Source: Tubiluchus corallicola
Taxonomy: Eukaryota; Animalia; Priapulida
Length of the DNA stretch: 64,000 nt
Direction of reading: 5' to 3'
Assembly (NCBI GenBank): GCA_030141605.1
Contig: JAQGDQ010000131.1
Coordinates: 310,001 to 374,000, forward strand
In this document: positions 14,641 through 27,210 of the stretch, in pieces
Layout of the letters: each line of letters begins with the position of its first letter
Numbering within the stretch: the stretch's first letter is position 1
The notes under the pieces: generated by a model
Database searches by the model: none
Told to the model about the DNA's origin: nothing
What the model saw: only the letters and a program-made list of their open reading frames with translations
Program-made: the position numbers and the translations under genes

Positions 14641-15547
14641 CAAGAAAGGTCAAAGTCTGCTCGTTTTAATGTTGTCAGGCTATCAGTTTTATTAATGTGC
14701 GAATGGCAACTGTGGTCTCAGTGGAAGAAATAAAACGAAAATTATGGAGACAACAAATCGCTTCAAAACACCGCAGGATGTTTTACTTTTAATGAAAAAA
14801 TTACAGTTAACGACGTTGTGTTGAGCTTAAAAGTTTTAAATCAACAGAAATTTAATGTTAAACGTATAGTTAAAATAACCAGTGACATGAATAGTTATCT
14901 CTTAAGTCTTGATTCTTTATTTGCATTATTTGGTCTACATAACTAATTCAGTTTTTAACTTGTTTCAGGGCTATAGGGTATATCATTTTTCCTGGTTTTA
15001 TTTTTCCCGTGCATTTAATTTTCTCTTCTGTGTTTCGGCTGCATCAAGCGTGCACTTCTCTAACTGCTGTGCGTAGATGGACAGACTGAAGTTAGCATTA
15101 AATCAAACCCACATTAGTCTTGTTATGTCCCACTCTGTTTTATGATTGTGATTTTACACTTCTGTGTTTCTCCCTTGTATTTTCATTTGCTATGCTTCTG
15201 TGTTTTTCTACGTGCTTTTATTCTTTTTTGTATGATATCTTCATGTATTAATAACATAAATGAAAAACTCCCTCCCCCAGAAATTAGTAGTAGTAATTCC
15301 ATGTGAAGACAAACATGACTGTAGTAGTCACCACTATATTATCACTATGTTTGCGTTTGGCGATATCTACTGTGTCGCAAATGGGTTGATTTTGCTCTGT
15401 GCATATGCAGTTAACAATTGTTTGATGTAAAACGTGTGTAATGTTTATGATCTGTCAGTGTGATGTGCTAACTAGCCTATGGCAATAAAACTAAAAACAT
15501 ATTATATTAGTGCGTGACGTAAGTTTAATTGAAAAGATAAATTCTTT

Positions 15548-15587
15548 CACCAGAAGATGAACTACAGTGATAGTTTGAAACGTCGTG
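15548..15587 (+). ncRNA. Minimal type I hammerhead ribozyme remnant, Penelope-like element type, core mutated
   Basis: cac-CAGAAGA-t-gaacta-cagtga-tagttt-GAAA-CGTC-gtg. Stem I is cac/gtg, stem II is gaacta/tagttt, and a palindromic ACGT replaces stem III. The core reads CAGAAGA instead of CTGAAGA. Confidence 0.65.
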
Positions 15588-16327
15588 TTTTTTCTTTCTT
15601 TTTCCTTGTTTTAATGGGATTTTTCATAGGATTTTAGTGCGACATTTTAATTCATAGATTAAGCCCATCAGCCCATTGACTAAATTTTTGCAGTTTCTTC
15701 TCTTCTTGCTTTCATTTACATTTTTGATTTACACGCAGGACTTATTTAGAAGCTGAGCCAGAATTGATAACGCGTTACACTGAAAAGTTAATTTCAGCAA
15801 CAAAAAAGATGCGCGCATAATAAGAAAGTGTTCATAACATAACATCGCTAAGAACATTTTCTCACTTAACAGTATCTGTTGCTAAGCAACGCTTCAGGGT
15901 CTTGTAATCCCTTGGAAGATTTTATGGTTGAAAATCTAAACTCTTTACAACAGAGGCCTAACATGCGTTTTATTTAATAGCCGCTTTTACCTTGTAATTC
16001 TTGTGTTTCTTTCTCCTGTTTCAGTTGTTTGCAGCTGAATTGTCCAAGATTTTTTTTAGCGCAGTGCATAATTTTGAAAGAATATTTGGCAAAAGTTGGA
16101 CATTCGTTGATGAACAGGCAACTAAAAACGCTCGCCAATTTTATATGAATTGAAATCACAATCATTATGGGTCCAGATATACAGCTATCACGAAAACTAA
16201 AGCCACAAAACACTTTTGCATTCATGCAAATTGTACAGTTTCTGTTCGGTGGCACGTTACAACAGAAGAGATCAACAATTTCTTGCTAATTTAGATTCAT
16301 TGCCGTTTATTTTATTTACAGGGCTAT

Positions 16328-16715
16328 TGCAGTGCTACGGAGTGCCATTAGTGCTCACTAGTGTCAATTTTGTTTGTTTGTTGAATAAAAATATAATTAT
16401 CTCATAATAACGACATAGCCATCTCGTTATAATGAGATACTACCTCCTCATAACAATGTAATATCGACATTAACGAAGTGGCATCTTGTTATAATAAGAT
16501 AGCTATGTCGATGTAACGAGATATCTTTATGTCATTATCACAAGATAGGACGTCGTTATTAAAAGATAGCTATGTCATTATAAAGTTTAAGTCGTTATCA
16601 CGATGTACGTTATACCGATGCAGTAAGTCGTTATAACGAAATAGCTATGTCGGTTATAACCATACTTTTCTTCAAAAAACAAAAGCAACACTAATGGGGC
16701 TTCAGGCAGTGCAAC
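16328..16715. mobile_element. MITE-like element with internal array of degenerate palindromic units (atctcgttataacgagat)
   Basis: Imperfect TIRs tacggagtgccattagtg and cactaatggggcttcaggca. Roughly 11-12 decayed 20-22 bp units between 16400 and 16660. Confidence 0.6.
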
Positions 16716-17171
16716 TGGTTTTTGGCAGTAAATTTGTTTTATTGTAAACTTAATCAGAAACTAGAACCACTTGAAGAAAGTCAGTTGCATGTCACGTTTC
16801 TAAAGTGAGGAGTACTTAACGTAATTTGTTACTTGCGTACTGATGTCACACGTATGCCATGCTTCTAAATGAGGGCAACTTAACGCAATTTGTTGCTTGC
16901 GTACACCCTACAATCACTTCCGAGAGGCTTAAACGGATAACATCGACAAATCTTTTCCCATTTCTTCGCTTCGCAAAAACAATCTTTGCTATGTGAAGTA
17001 AGTTTGTGATTAAAATTCAGCTTGGGTGTAGGAGAATGAACGAAAGATCGGTTTTCGTGCAGGTTGCGCACAATTATCGCCATGGCTTGCTGTATCCCAG
17101 AATTTAATGCGGCGTGCTAATTTGACACATTTCTTGACTATACGTTTTTATTTTAATATAGGCTACAGACA

Positions 17172-17198
17172 GGCGCGAGCGCGCACACACCACACACA

Positions 17199-17243
<45 letters not shown>

Positions 17244-17258
17244 GCACGCACGCACACA
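17172..17258. repeat. (CA)n/(CG)n compound microsatellite
   Basis: Directly visible. Confidence 0.95.
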
Positions 17259-17759
17259 AGCAGGCGTAAGATTCATACTGCTGTGTGTAACAGAAAGTGT
17301 ACCAGTTTTGGATTCTGTTTCTAAATGCGCTTTATCTGCCAAAGAAGCCATATCTGGTGACTAGATTAAGTCGACTATTGACAAAATTGAGCTGGTGAAC
17401 CACGAGGCGGAATGATTAGGCTCACATTACAAAGAAATTGTCAAGGCACTCGCGTATGTCACCATATACAATCTTCAGTAATCTTGCTATATTAAGAAAT
17501 ATTGTAGTTGTGTAAAAAAAGACTATACATACCACTGTTCCTACACTTAGGCAAATCACATAGAGATAGTTTATAAGTGTTGCCTAGTAAAACTGTTTAA
17601 TAAGCTGAATTATTTGTCCAAATGTCACTAATCATTTTCCGTAGATACAACAAAGTTGAGCATTTTTAATTTTTATCAATCAATTATCAACCAAACGTAA
17701 CTCGTAAACGAGATTTCTGACATTCTGTCAGAAACGAAAACATCTGTATAAAGGCTGTA

Positions 17760-18510
17760 AATTCCATATTATATGTCATTATTTTCTATATGACATTTTC
17801 AATAATTTTTATAAAGGCTATTTCTGGGGGTTTCCTTTTCTGAAATCATTTTTTTTTATTTCTTTTGCAGCAGATAAGCTGTTAATTATTTGTACATAAA
17901 TCTTTCCAAAATTTTGGATATGAATGCTAGGATTGATACTAGTCTAAAATTATTTAATAACATCGGATCATTCGTTTTGAATGGAAGCGCAATAATTATT
18001 ATTGATTCCTTCAATTGATTCCATTGATTTAACAGGAAGATACTAGTATCTTACCAGTTAAAAAAGATAAACTGAAGATGGGTGCTAAAGGTTGAGTTGC
18101 ATATTCTGTAGAATCAACAATTATTTTAGGTAGTTTGTTATCTGGGCCAGCACGTTTATTTGGACTGAAAGTTCTGCCAGTTTAGATTACATCTTGCTGA
18201 GATGCATCATTGGGGAAAAAAGGTTTGCCTGTAATTTACCTTTTAAGGATGTGTACGAGTTTTCTTCAAAATTTTCTATTAATCCTGACAATTTAGGCCC
18301 TATTTAAAAAAATGATCATTAAATGTACTTGCAACTTCCAAGCTGTTTTTAATTAATTTATTATTTACATTTAAAGTAATGGATTGGTTTCTTTTCTATT
18401 GTGCATAACCTCTTTCATAATGTCCCAAGTTTTTTTAATGTTTGTCATGAGTATTATTAATCTTTTTGTAGTTGTTAAGCTTTAAAGTTTTTTATAATCA
18501 TTTAAATAAA
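17760..18510 (-). mobile_element. Decayed CR1/L2-group LINE ORF2 fragment (linker and N-terminal RT)
   Basis: Minus-strand pieces in the expected order: NIKKTWDIMKEV, EVASTFNDHFF*IGPKL, NKRAGPDN..PKII, PLAPIFSLSFLTGKI, PFKTNDP..LNNFRLVSILAFISKILERFMY, FRKG. Stops and frameshifts throughout. Confidence 0.85.
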
Positions 18511-19139
18511 CATACTCTTTCGTACTGTTGTTACTTGAGATGGTTCGCTGAGATGAGCTACTGAAAGGGTTCACTGAGAAGTTTTCGATGAAGTGGGACA
18601 CAAAAACTGGGTTTCTTTACTGGCACGGACTACTAAGACCATTTTTGAGATGCTTTCTAAGTCGACTTAACGTGGTAATTAGTTGGAGTGGTTCACTAAA
18701 ACGGACAGTCTGCTAAAAAGATGAGTTTGTAAAACGTTTTCTTTAGGAAGATAACTTTTGGTAGATAATTTGAGTAAGAAAACTGACAATTTCAAAAGAT
18801 ACGTTCGCCTTTATGGGGAAGCCGTTTAATGCCAAACACTTATAAAGTTCAGAACTCGTCATTTCCGTAGAATTGTCGCTTTTGCGTAAGCAGACAAAAT
18901 TATTGCGTTCAGTTGCCACGAGAAGAAATTAATCATCGACGTCGAACAAAAGTTGCGTTCGTTTGTATGCAACGCAGCGTATGAGGCTACAATTACGTCA
19001 TTATACAATCACTTAATTGGATTTTGGTTTCTATGGCAAACAGGAACTACGGCAACGGAAGCTAAATGTGAACGCACAAATGTAACCCACACAATAATAC
19101 TGGAACGCATTCGAATAATGGAGCCTAAGTGGTCAGTCG

Positions 19140-19800
19140 CGGTGTGACGCCTTGTCGCAGTTGTGGACACTCAAAATTTTTTGATAACTCGCAGACATAG
19201 AGCTAGAAACTTGCTGGGCACATTCCGAAGTAGGGGATCTATGTTTACACGTTACCTATCACGCCCGGATCAAAAGTCATAGAGTGGGTGGGTTTATTTT
19301 TTGTTTAGGCTGCATCTCCTCCTACAGAAATATGTTAGAACCGCGATTTTTAGTATAAGGCTACCTATACCAAAGGGTCTAAGTAAGGGTAACGTGTGTT
19401 TAGGAAAATTTTCCGTCAAAGGCAAAAACCGAAATCGTCTGGGACACCAACTTCACTGTCGAGTAACCGTGGCTTGTGAAACATCAAATGAAAGGCTTCT
19501 GTAAAATTAACTGAAAGGTATGAATTACACCCAGATTAGTTAACCCCTGACCTCACTAACCCCTCACTAAGGGGCAAAAACGGAAGTTGGGGTCAGGGAG
19601 GCAAATACTTTCTATTATCGAGCAACAGTAACTTGTAATATATCAGGCAACAAAAGGTATAGTCGAGACGAAATGAATAGTATGAGTTACGCCCACCTAG
19701 GTTGACCCCTGACCCGAGGTTACGATTTCAATTTTAGTATTTTGTAGTACATGAAATGAAAAGTCGATGACACAAATTGAATCATATACTTTGAACCGAA
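19140..19800. repeat. Old interspersed repeat, unclassified, with recurring tgacccctgacc-type motifs
   Basis: taacccctgacctc, ggggtcaggg (inverted) and tgacccctgacccg, plus paired catcaaatgaaagg / catgaaatgaaaag motifs. The style resembles non-autonomous DNA elements of aquatic animals. Boundaries are approximate. Confidence 0.35.
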
Positions 19801-19847
19801 ATTGAACGGACAGTTGTTGCGCACACACGCAATTATTATTAGTAGTA

Positions 19848-19848
<1 letters not shown>

Positions 19849-19931
<83 letters not shown>
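19849..19931. repeat. (AAT)n microsatellite
   Basis: Directly visible, about 27 units. Confidence 0.98.
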
Positions 19932-19934
<3 letters not shown>

Positions 19935-20272
19935 GAATAACAACAACAAGAAAATACTTATTTACAAAAAACGTTTAAATTTACTTAAATACAGCATGTA
20001 TAGCCGTGCGTGTATAGTACTGCTATATTGTGTGCCCTTCAATCATTCTCCATCAATATTTTAAAGATCTGTATTTTTTAAAATTTAAAATTATTTGCCT
20101 AGCTGGAAAATGACGCAAGTGCACACATTAACACAAGTGCGCACAATGTGTGTTTATAATTATTTATAATTTCTCTGCAATTCACAACTGTTTATTTGTA
20201 GTACTACCTGTGCTTGCGGAAATTTTAATGATGTTTTTAACTTTGTGCGTGTACATGTAAAACTTCTTAATC

Positions 20273-20356
<84 letters not shown>

Positions 20357-20414
20357 GCGTGTGTGTGCGCGCGCACGCGTATCTGCGTGCGTGCGTGAGT
20401 GCGTGTGTGTGTGT
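20273..20414. repeat. (AT)n-(GT)n-(GC/GT) compound microsatellite
   Basis: Directly visible; nearly continuous purine-pyrimidine alternation. Confidence 0.97.
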
Positions 20415-22226
20415 ACGTTTAGCGAATCTGTATAAGAATTATGTATACGTGACAACAACATGAATTTCATTCAAAGACGTATTAGGGAAACCTATAACTC
20501 ATCAAGTTTATATTAAAACAGATACCACCATATCTTACTCTAATGATTAGTTTATTGCCCAAGGCCAGTAACCACTTGTTTCAACAAGAATCAACTGTGC
20601 AAAATCCATAATACTTCTGGCACCTTTCACACAAATCAATATCGTTGATTATATATTATCAAACTAATATCAAAATTATCAGCAGTTTTCTACAGCAATT
20701 AGAAACAGCTGTTCCAATGTGTAGTTGGGCGAGTGATTGCACGTTTCTCAAGGTTGAGCTGATTTTTAACAGTTAGCGGAAGCTCTTCAAGTCATAAAAG
20801 TTTTCTTAGATTTCAATTTACTGCGCATTTATTGTACCAACACATGTTTTACTAATTTATTATAATAAACTAAACTAAAACTAAAAGAAAAGTTCAATCA
20901 AAAACGTAATAAAACGACGGCTAATTAATAAGAATATCACTAATAAGAACACAATACACTTTGCGGTCACAAGAATCGTAGCAGTCTTTTTGTATAGTTG
21001 TTTTGTTGGTGTGCAAACTATCTAATAGATATTCATTAAAGAGAAATATCGTATGGGAGATACGAGTTGTTATTTAGTCTCTTCTTATATTCTTTGTTTT
21101 TTTGCCCATCTTTGACTCCACCCCTCTTCTTTTTTCGTGTTCATTACCATCTGCTTTATTTCTAGCAATTTTCTTAACCCTTTTGCCTAATCTGACTTGA
21201 TAATTTCTTCGCTATTTTTTTCTTGTCTTAATACAGTTCTTTTTATCACATCACTTTCAGCAAGTGCCTGGTCATGTCCTCTTCATTTTTGCAAAATCGA
21301 TACCATTCTGGCGATGAAGTCTTTCATGTAATGCCTTTCTTTGACGCGTTGCTTCGATGTGCGATTACAATTAGAAGCTAGATTATTTTTGGCAGCAGTA
21401 GCAGCGATATATTTGTTTACTGATGACACTTTTGCAGTTTAAAAACATACTGTAATAACTACAGCAACTGCAATAATTATATAAGATTCGCAAAATCACA
21501 GTTTTTACGGGCAAAATTTCTTATAGATTGTTACAGGCTGTGAATCCGCCTCTCGCCTTTTACAAATGATCTTCATCAAGTCAATCATTTACGACAATCT
21601 TATCTATCAAACTTGAAGTTACCACATCTGTTTCTGACAAAACTCGTCTACTAAAATGATCGAAGATGATTTCTCATGAGGAAATGAAAAACTGCGGACA
21701 ATATAGATTCAAACTTATATAGTGATTCCATAACGTCTTTACTCGCTAAACACAATATTTCCACTTCAATTTAGTGTAAATTTCTTTCACGCAATCACGT
21801 GACCACAGCCTTACAACTTTTGGTTAAAAGATGTGCCCGTGGAAATGCATGAAACAGATGTGTTTCTAGACCGAGAACCTGAGGTGGCGTCCCAATAACA
21901 CCAACTTCCTGGGTATGAGAGTACTGTAAATAATATTATAATGATTACTAGTTTAAAACTTGTCGCCTTTTGATCTTCATAATGTTGAAACAATTTCGGG
22001 AGGTATTTCTCAAACCAAAGAGAGAAATATCAAAAATAATACGACATTATTACACTGTATAGTTGCATTTGGGAATAGTAATGCGCACCCTGTTTTCATG
22101 AAACTTTCTGATTTCCTATTCACAAAAATTGCTGACTGTAAGCATCAAAATCATCTAGCTGTAGCAGACACAGTAATACACCTCTAGTTGTAGCACGTTT
22201 CATCTGCTGTATTTGGCATACACAGT

Positions 22227-22875
22227 GGGCATCCGACATTTGGGCACGAGACTTTTGGACATGGGACATTTGGGCACGAGAAAAAACCCACAAATTTAGA
22301 TTAGGACTAATGCATCACAGTAAATAACAAAAACCTGTATGTGACAAAAGATCTAGTCAAAAGAAAACTTAGCGTTACTTACTGCACTTCAGCTAATATT
22401 ATATCTCATTAGATAGAAACGGACGTGTTTATACCAACCACCCACTCGAAAAAAATTAACCATATTAATTAACAAAGCCAAATGCTTAATAGATGAATAT
22501 CAATATCAAGATTTTAACAATTATATTACTGAGAGTTTTTCCACATTTCTCGCAAAGTGCATAAGCCACATATGCGTTCAGTAGCAGTGTTCTTACATAT
22601 GCTAAGTATGTCATACTTTCCTCAAACGATCGCATTCAGTAAAATAATTATTTCTTTTCTCACAAGAACTTGAAATATTCTGAAAGTTATATGGTAATCA
22701 GGCAGTGAACGAGGGTTCCGAAAATTTTAGCTTACTATAGGCAGTATGATTTGCAGCGTTACACAGAAATAATGTCACGTTGTTCTTGCGTGATGGAGTA
22801 ACGTACGTATGTCGCACCCAAATGACCCACGCCCAAGTGTCTTGCCCCAAACGAACGCGCTTAAATGCCTGTCCC
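22227..22875. mobile_element. MULE-like non-autonomous DNA transposon with inverted 15-bp subterminal repeats
   Basis: Left end ggg followed by three copies of gacatttgggcacga. Right end has inverted copies (cgcacccaaatgac, cacgcccaagtgtc, cgcgcttaaatgcc) followed by tgtccc. Flanks atacacagt and ttacgcagt are a possible 9-bp TSD (7/9 match). Confidence 0.6.
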
Positions 22876-25800
22876 TTACGCAGTGTGACAAGGTCGAGAT
22901 GAATGGTTTTGGATACCTTATACGTCGCATCTGCCAGATGCCGCATTATGACCTGACACGGAAAGCAGGGTAAAAACGTACAATAGGAAAAGACGGTAAA
23001 AACGTGATAAGGACAAAAGCAATGGAAAAAGGCAAAACGCGTAAGTAATGGAAAGCTTCACCAACAATTATACGCAGTTATTGGCACTACTGTTGAAATG
23101 GGCATATATTTTCTTGTATTTAGTTGTGTATCTTCGAGATATCTGACTCTGCGCAAATCAAACTTAAGTCATTTGTCTTACAATGAGGCTATGCAGGCCT
23201 GCACTCGACATACGATTTTAGACCATTGGCAGGGAGCAGTTATTAAATTTCTAGCCCTTTCTGTTTTTCGGGAGTCTCTAGGACCAGAGCATTTCGTTGA
23301 TGCAGCACAGAAATTGTCGGACAGAGATTCCAAATGAATATGTCAGTAGCCACCGCTCCTATATTGTGCTTTACTATATCTTTAGCACCCTGAGTTTACA
23401 GTTGCCAAAATAGTTTTTTGCTTATAATGTTACATTTACTTCCTTGGACTATAATTTTCTGTTACTGTTTGTTGGAATCCATATAACACATGTAATGCGA
23501 TTTGTTTTAGTCAAGACTTAAGACTAACTAAAACAGTCTTGAACATTAACGAAAACTACCAATCCTGTAAACAGCGTAACAACGCAAACTATCTGTAGTT
23601 AGCTGATGATGTCTGATCTAAAATTGAACTTCTCAATCTCCTTATTCTTATCTTAGAAGAGAATATTAACATGACATTCTTAGGTTTGAATCCGATTGAA
23701 GGTATTAGTGACAGCCATTTCTTAGATTTATATTTGGTTAGATAGATGGTATGTCGGGAAAATAGTCTAACAAACAGAGTCGTCATTTAACCTTTAATCT
23801 TTTAACCCATTGTGTTTACATTCAAGTCAGGTTGAGATAGCGCACGAAGACAAGTATGATGACATTAGAATTTTATGTATATCTATCCTGTATATACGTT
23901 CCAAGGAAATGAATGGACGAATAAGCGCGCAAATGTTGTACACCACTAGATTCCTGTCTGTGTGCTAACAATTAAAAGTCAGGAGGGAATGTTTCGCAAA
24001 ACTGATACAATTCACACTTTCTGAATATCTGAATTCATACTTTTCAACTCAATAATGTAATTCGATAACTTAGCTTGCAACATTAAAAATGGATTTATCG
24101 CCGCCTAAGTACGGAAAGGAACGATAAAGCCATCACTTTACAAAGATTTTCACTTGTCCGGAATTTGCAAAAGCCATTTCAACAAAGATTAAAAAAGAAG
24201 AATAAGAATGACATACAAGTACGTATTTTGCAAGGCTCGCTTAGAAACAAAGCAAACAATGAGACAAACGAAAAAGCCATCCAAATGTATATCATTTTTT
24301 TACATATTGAACTGTGATAAGCTAGAATTAATAACGGTTTTTATATAACCAACAATTAACCTAACGCCTTGTTAATTAAAAGAGGAAGGTTTTGAAAAAT
24401 TGTGAGCCAACTTGGTTTCGAACTCAGAACCACGTAGCCTCAGGCGTTTTTCAGAGCTTTAAACCTTTCTTCAATTAATTGGACATTAGGTTAAAGGAAG
24501 ACAGAATTTTTCTTATACTACCCCACTTTCAAGTACAGTAAAAAGTATACACTTTAACGCCAATTACACTGCAAAAGTGTTTCTGATAAATAAATAATAG
24601 ATTGAAGTCTTAATTAATTGTCGACGAGTCCAACAATTGATGACATCACAAACGAACATAATTTGCAACAGCACAAACATTCCACGAGGGTGTTGCAAAA
24701 GCAAAAATTGAAGTGCTACTGTAAGAAATTCAGTGTGTTTTACTAAAACTCGGCAAGTTCTAAGATAAAAATTCAAGTTTCAAATTTACCATTGCACTCA
24801 CGCATGTTACATGGCTAAATGCATGTAACAGCGAAGAACTAGTGGCGCGGATGCGAACTAGCGTGTGTGTGGTAATAATTCTTTCACGTAAGTCATTTTT
24901 GAAAAAAATAGTATGTTTCTGTTCAATATTTTGAAGAGTAAATTGGATAAATAAAGAATAAAAAGACCTACAGTTTAAGATTGGGTCCAGTTTTCCTTTA
25001 AGTATTGGTTATACTTAAACCGTAAGATTTATTAATCCTATTAATCCTAAAACTTATCACAGTTCAAAATCTAAAAATATATATATCAAATTGATTACGC
25101 AAATTTATGGGGAAAACTCAATAAAATAATTAAATCAGCTAGACTTATAATGAGCTCAAATATTTTTTTGACGTTTTAACTCCCCCCCCCCCCCGAATCC
25201 CGTGTCTGGAAGAAATCTTTGTGATCGTTCAGTCGCCGATTGCTGCTTTGAACTAATGCCAAGATCAAAATGTGGACCACCTTAAAGGTCTTGCCAAAAC
25301 TGTAGATCAATATTGCATCCACCTAGTAATTTATTTACTTGGATTTGCACTATTATTAAGCTCATTTACACAGCGCTACAGCCTGTACTCTTAATTGCCA
25401 GGAAGGAGACTGGATCTAAAGAACGTAATACTTGCTGCATTACTTAGCCTTTGGCAGACAACGTATAAATGTTATATTATTAGAAGATACGAAGTCATTT
25501 AGCGAATTTTGCTCCTAGCAAAGCTGCCTGCCACCCAATAAGCCATATTTTATCGTACAGACAGCGCTTTCCTGAAAACAGATAAAGATTACTGTGAGTA
25601 TGTGGACTTGATTGTGTTAAAATCGACTAAATTCTGTAACCGAAATTTTCGTATCTTAATGTGTCAAATCTATGGTTCAGCAGTACAATGTGAATGCAGA
25701 TGAATATTTTAATCTGGCCTGATAATGTTTCAAAATCATTATCCAGATTTTTTCGATAAATTTTAACTTCAAATCGGCGCAAGATGAACACGTTACTTGC

Positions 25801-25904
25801 ATTGCAAACCGTTGGGAAACATTTTAGGGCTTTACCTTTGGCAACTTGTTAACCTGTGGCCTTGTCAACAACGATGAGGTTAAACCTGTGAATGATCAAG
25901 AAAG

Positions 25905-26063
25905 GTATATACGAGTAATTTTTTTCCAGCCGTATATACGAGTAGTTTTTTTCCAGCCGTATACACGAGTAGTTTTTTCCAGCCGTATATACGAGTAGTT
26001 TTTTTCCAGCCGTATATACGAGTAATTTTTTTCCAGCCGTATATACGAGTAGTTTTTTCTGCC
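25905..26063. repeat. 27-bp minisatellite, 6 copies
   Basis: Unit gtatatacgagtaRtttttttccagcc starting at 25905, 25932, 25959, 25985, 26012 and 26039. No spacers. Confidence 0.95.
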
Positions 26064-26704
26064 AAATACGACAAGAAAATATATTTTTGTTAATAAATCA
26101 GAAGTTTGCAATTAACGATTTTACTGTCTAGGCGAGCAAGGCAAATACTACGTTCTTTTACCGAAACCCTTTCTAGTTTACCTAGAAGCTGCCTCAGGAC
26201 AAAAATTATCACGTTATTTGTTAAATTATAAATTATAGAATTCACAGTGTTAGATGACCTACACTGTAGATAAAGTTTTGTCTAAATTGATCGAAACATT
26301 GTTTGAGTTTTGTTCCAGCTTTGTCTGCAGAAATCCTCAAAAACTTTAAAAATGACTTGACCTAAAATCCTGGGCCACAATGCGCAGAATTTGGTATTGT
26401 AAAATGCTTGTAAGTCTCACAGTAAGATTTTAGACTCATAAATATAAATAAGGCGTTCAGTGACTGTTATACAGAGTAACAGGAATGCGTGATTAAAGAT
26501 AACCCAAATCAATCAAAGCCCGCAATTTCAGTTAAGAACCCGCTTTACATCACTTATATTAAGGCAAATGGCTGAACATAAATAAAACTCATCAGCATTA
26601 TGCAATGAGACCGATCAAATAATGCGAATCTAATTTCATAACAGTTTTATCGTTTTTTCAGATTCGTTTAAGGCCTGCAGTCTGGTGATGTTTTTGGGTG
26701 ACGA

Positions 26705-27210
26705 AGCAACATTATTGTATTTTATGTTTTGTATCTGTAAATGAGATGAAAGCAGAATTTTAAAGTATATCCCCAAAAAACTTTTAATACAAAGTCATAT
26801 TACTTATCCTTACGCTTAAATACTGTTTTAAAGACTTATGTAATTGAAAAAGAACATTCTTAATAATTTAAAATGTTTCCGCCAGCTGGTAAAATGTCAC
26901 CGTATTGCCATCCCTGGCACCTCTGGCTCACCAAAAATACATTATTGACAATATAAAGTAATTTAAACTTTTGCTTAATTGAACAAGAATGTGCTACGAA
27001 TGCCCTGATTATTTTTTCAAACTTTACGCAATGTTAAGTAAACTTGTTTAAATGACTTACCATCAAAACGGCTGCTCCTATCAGTTATAGCGGTAGTTTA
27101 AATTTACAAGTTTTATACAGTGCTACTGCTAACACACGTTCTGTGTGCAATAAGACAGGATGTAAGTAATATAAGATTTATTTATGAAGAGGGTTTTCTT
27201 GTCGTTTAAA
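26705..27210 (-). repeat. Dispersed repeat of about 450-500 bp, copy C (inverted relative to copies A and B)
   Basis: The reverse complement aligns by eye to 40903-41355 and 53190-53660 (ctgtataaaacttgtaaa, aggNgcagccRtttt, aaacaagttta, atcagRgcat, gggatatRctttaaaattc). Confidence 0.85.

Noticed and set aside
24400-24450. tRNA gene (minus-strand GTTCGAAAC B box); similar at 41365-41440
   Set aside because: No cloverleaf can be formed; at most SINE debris.
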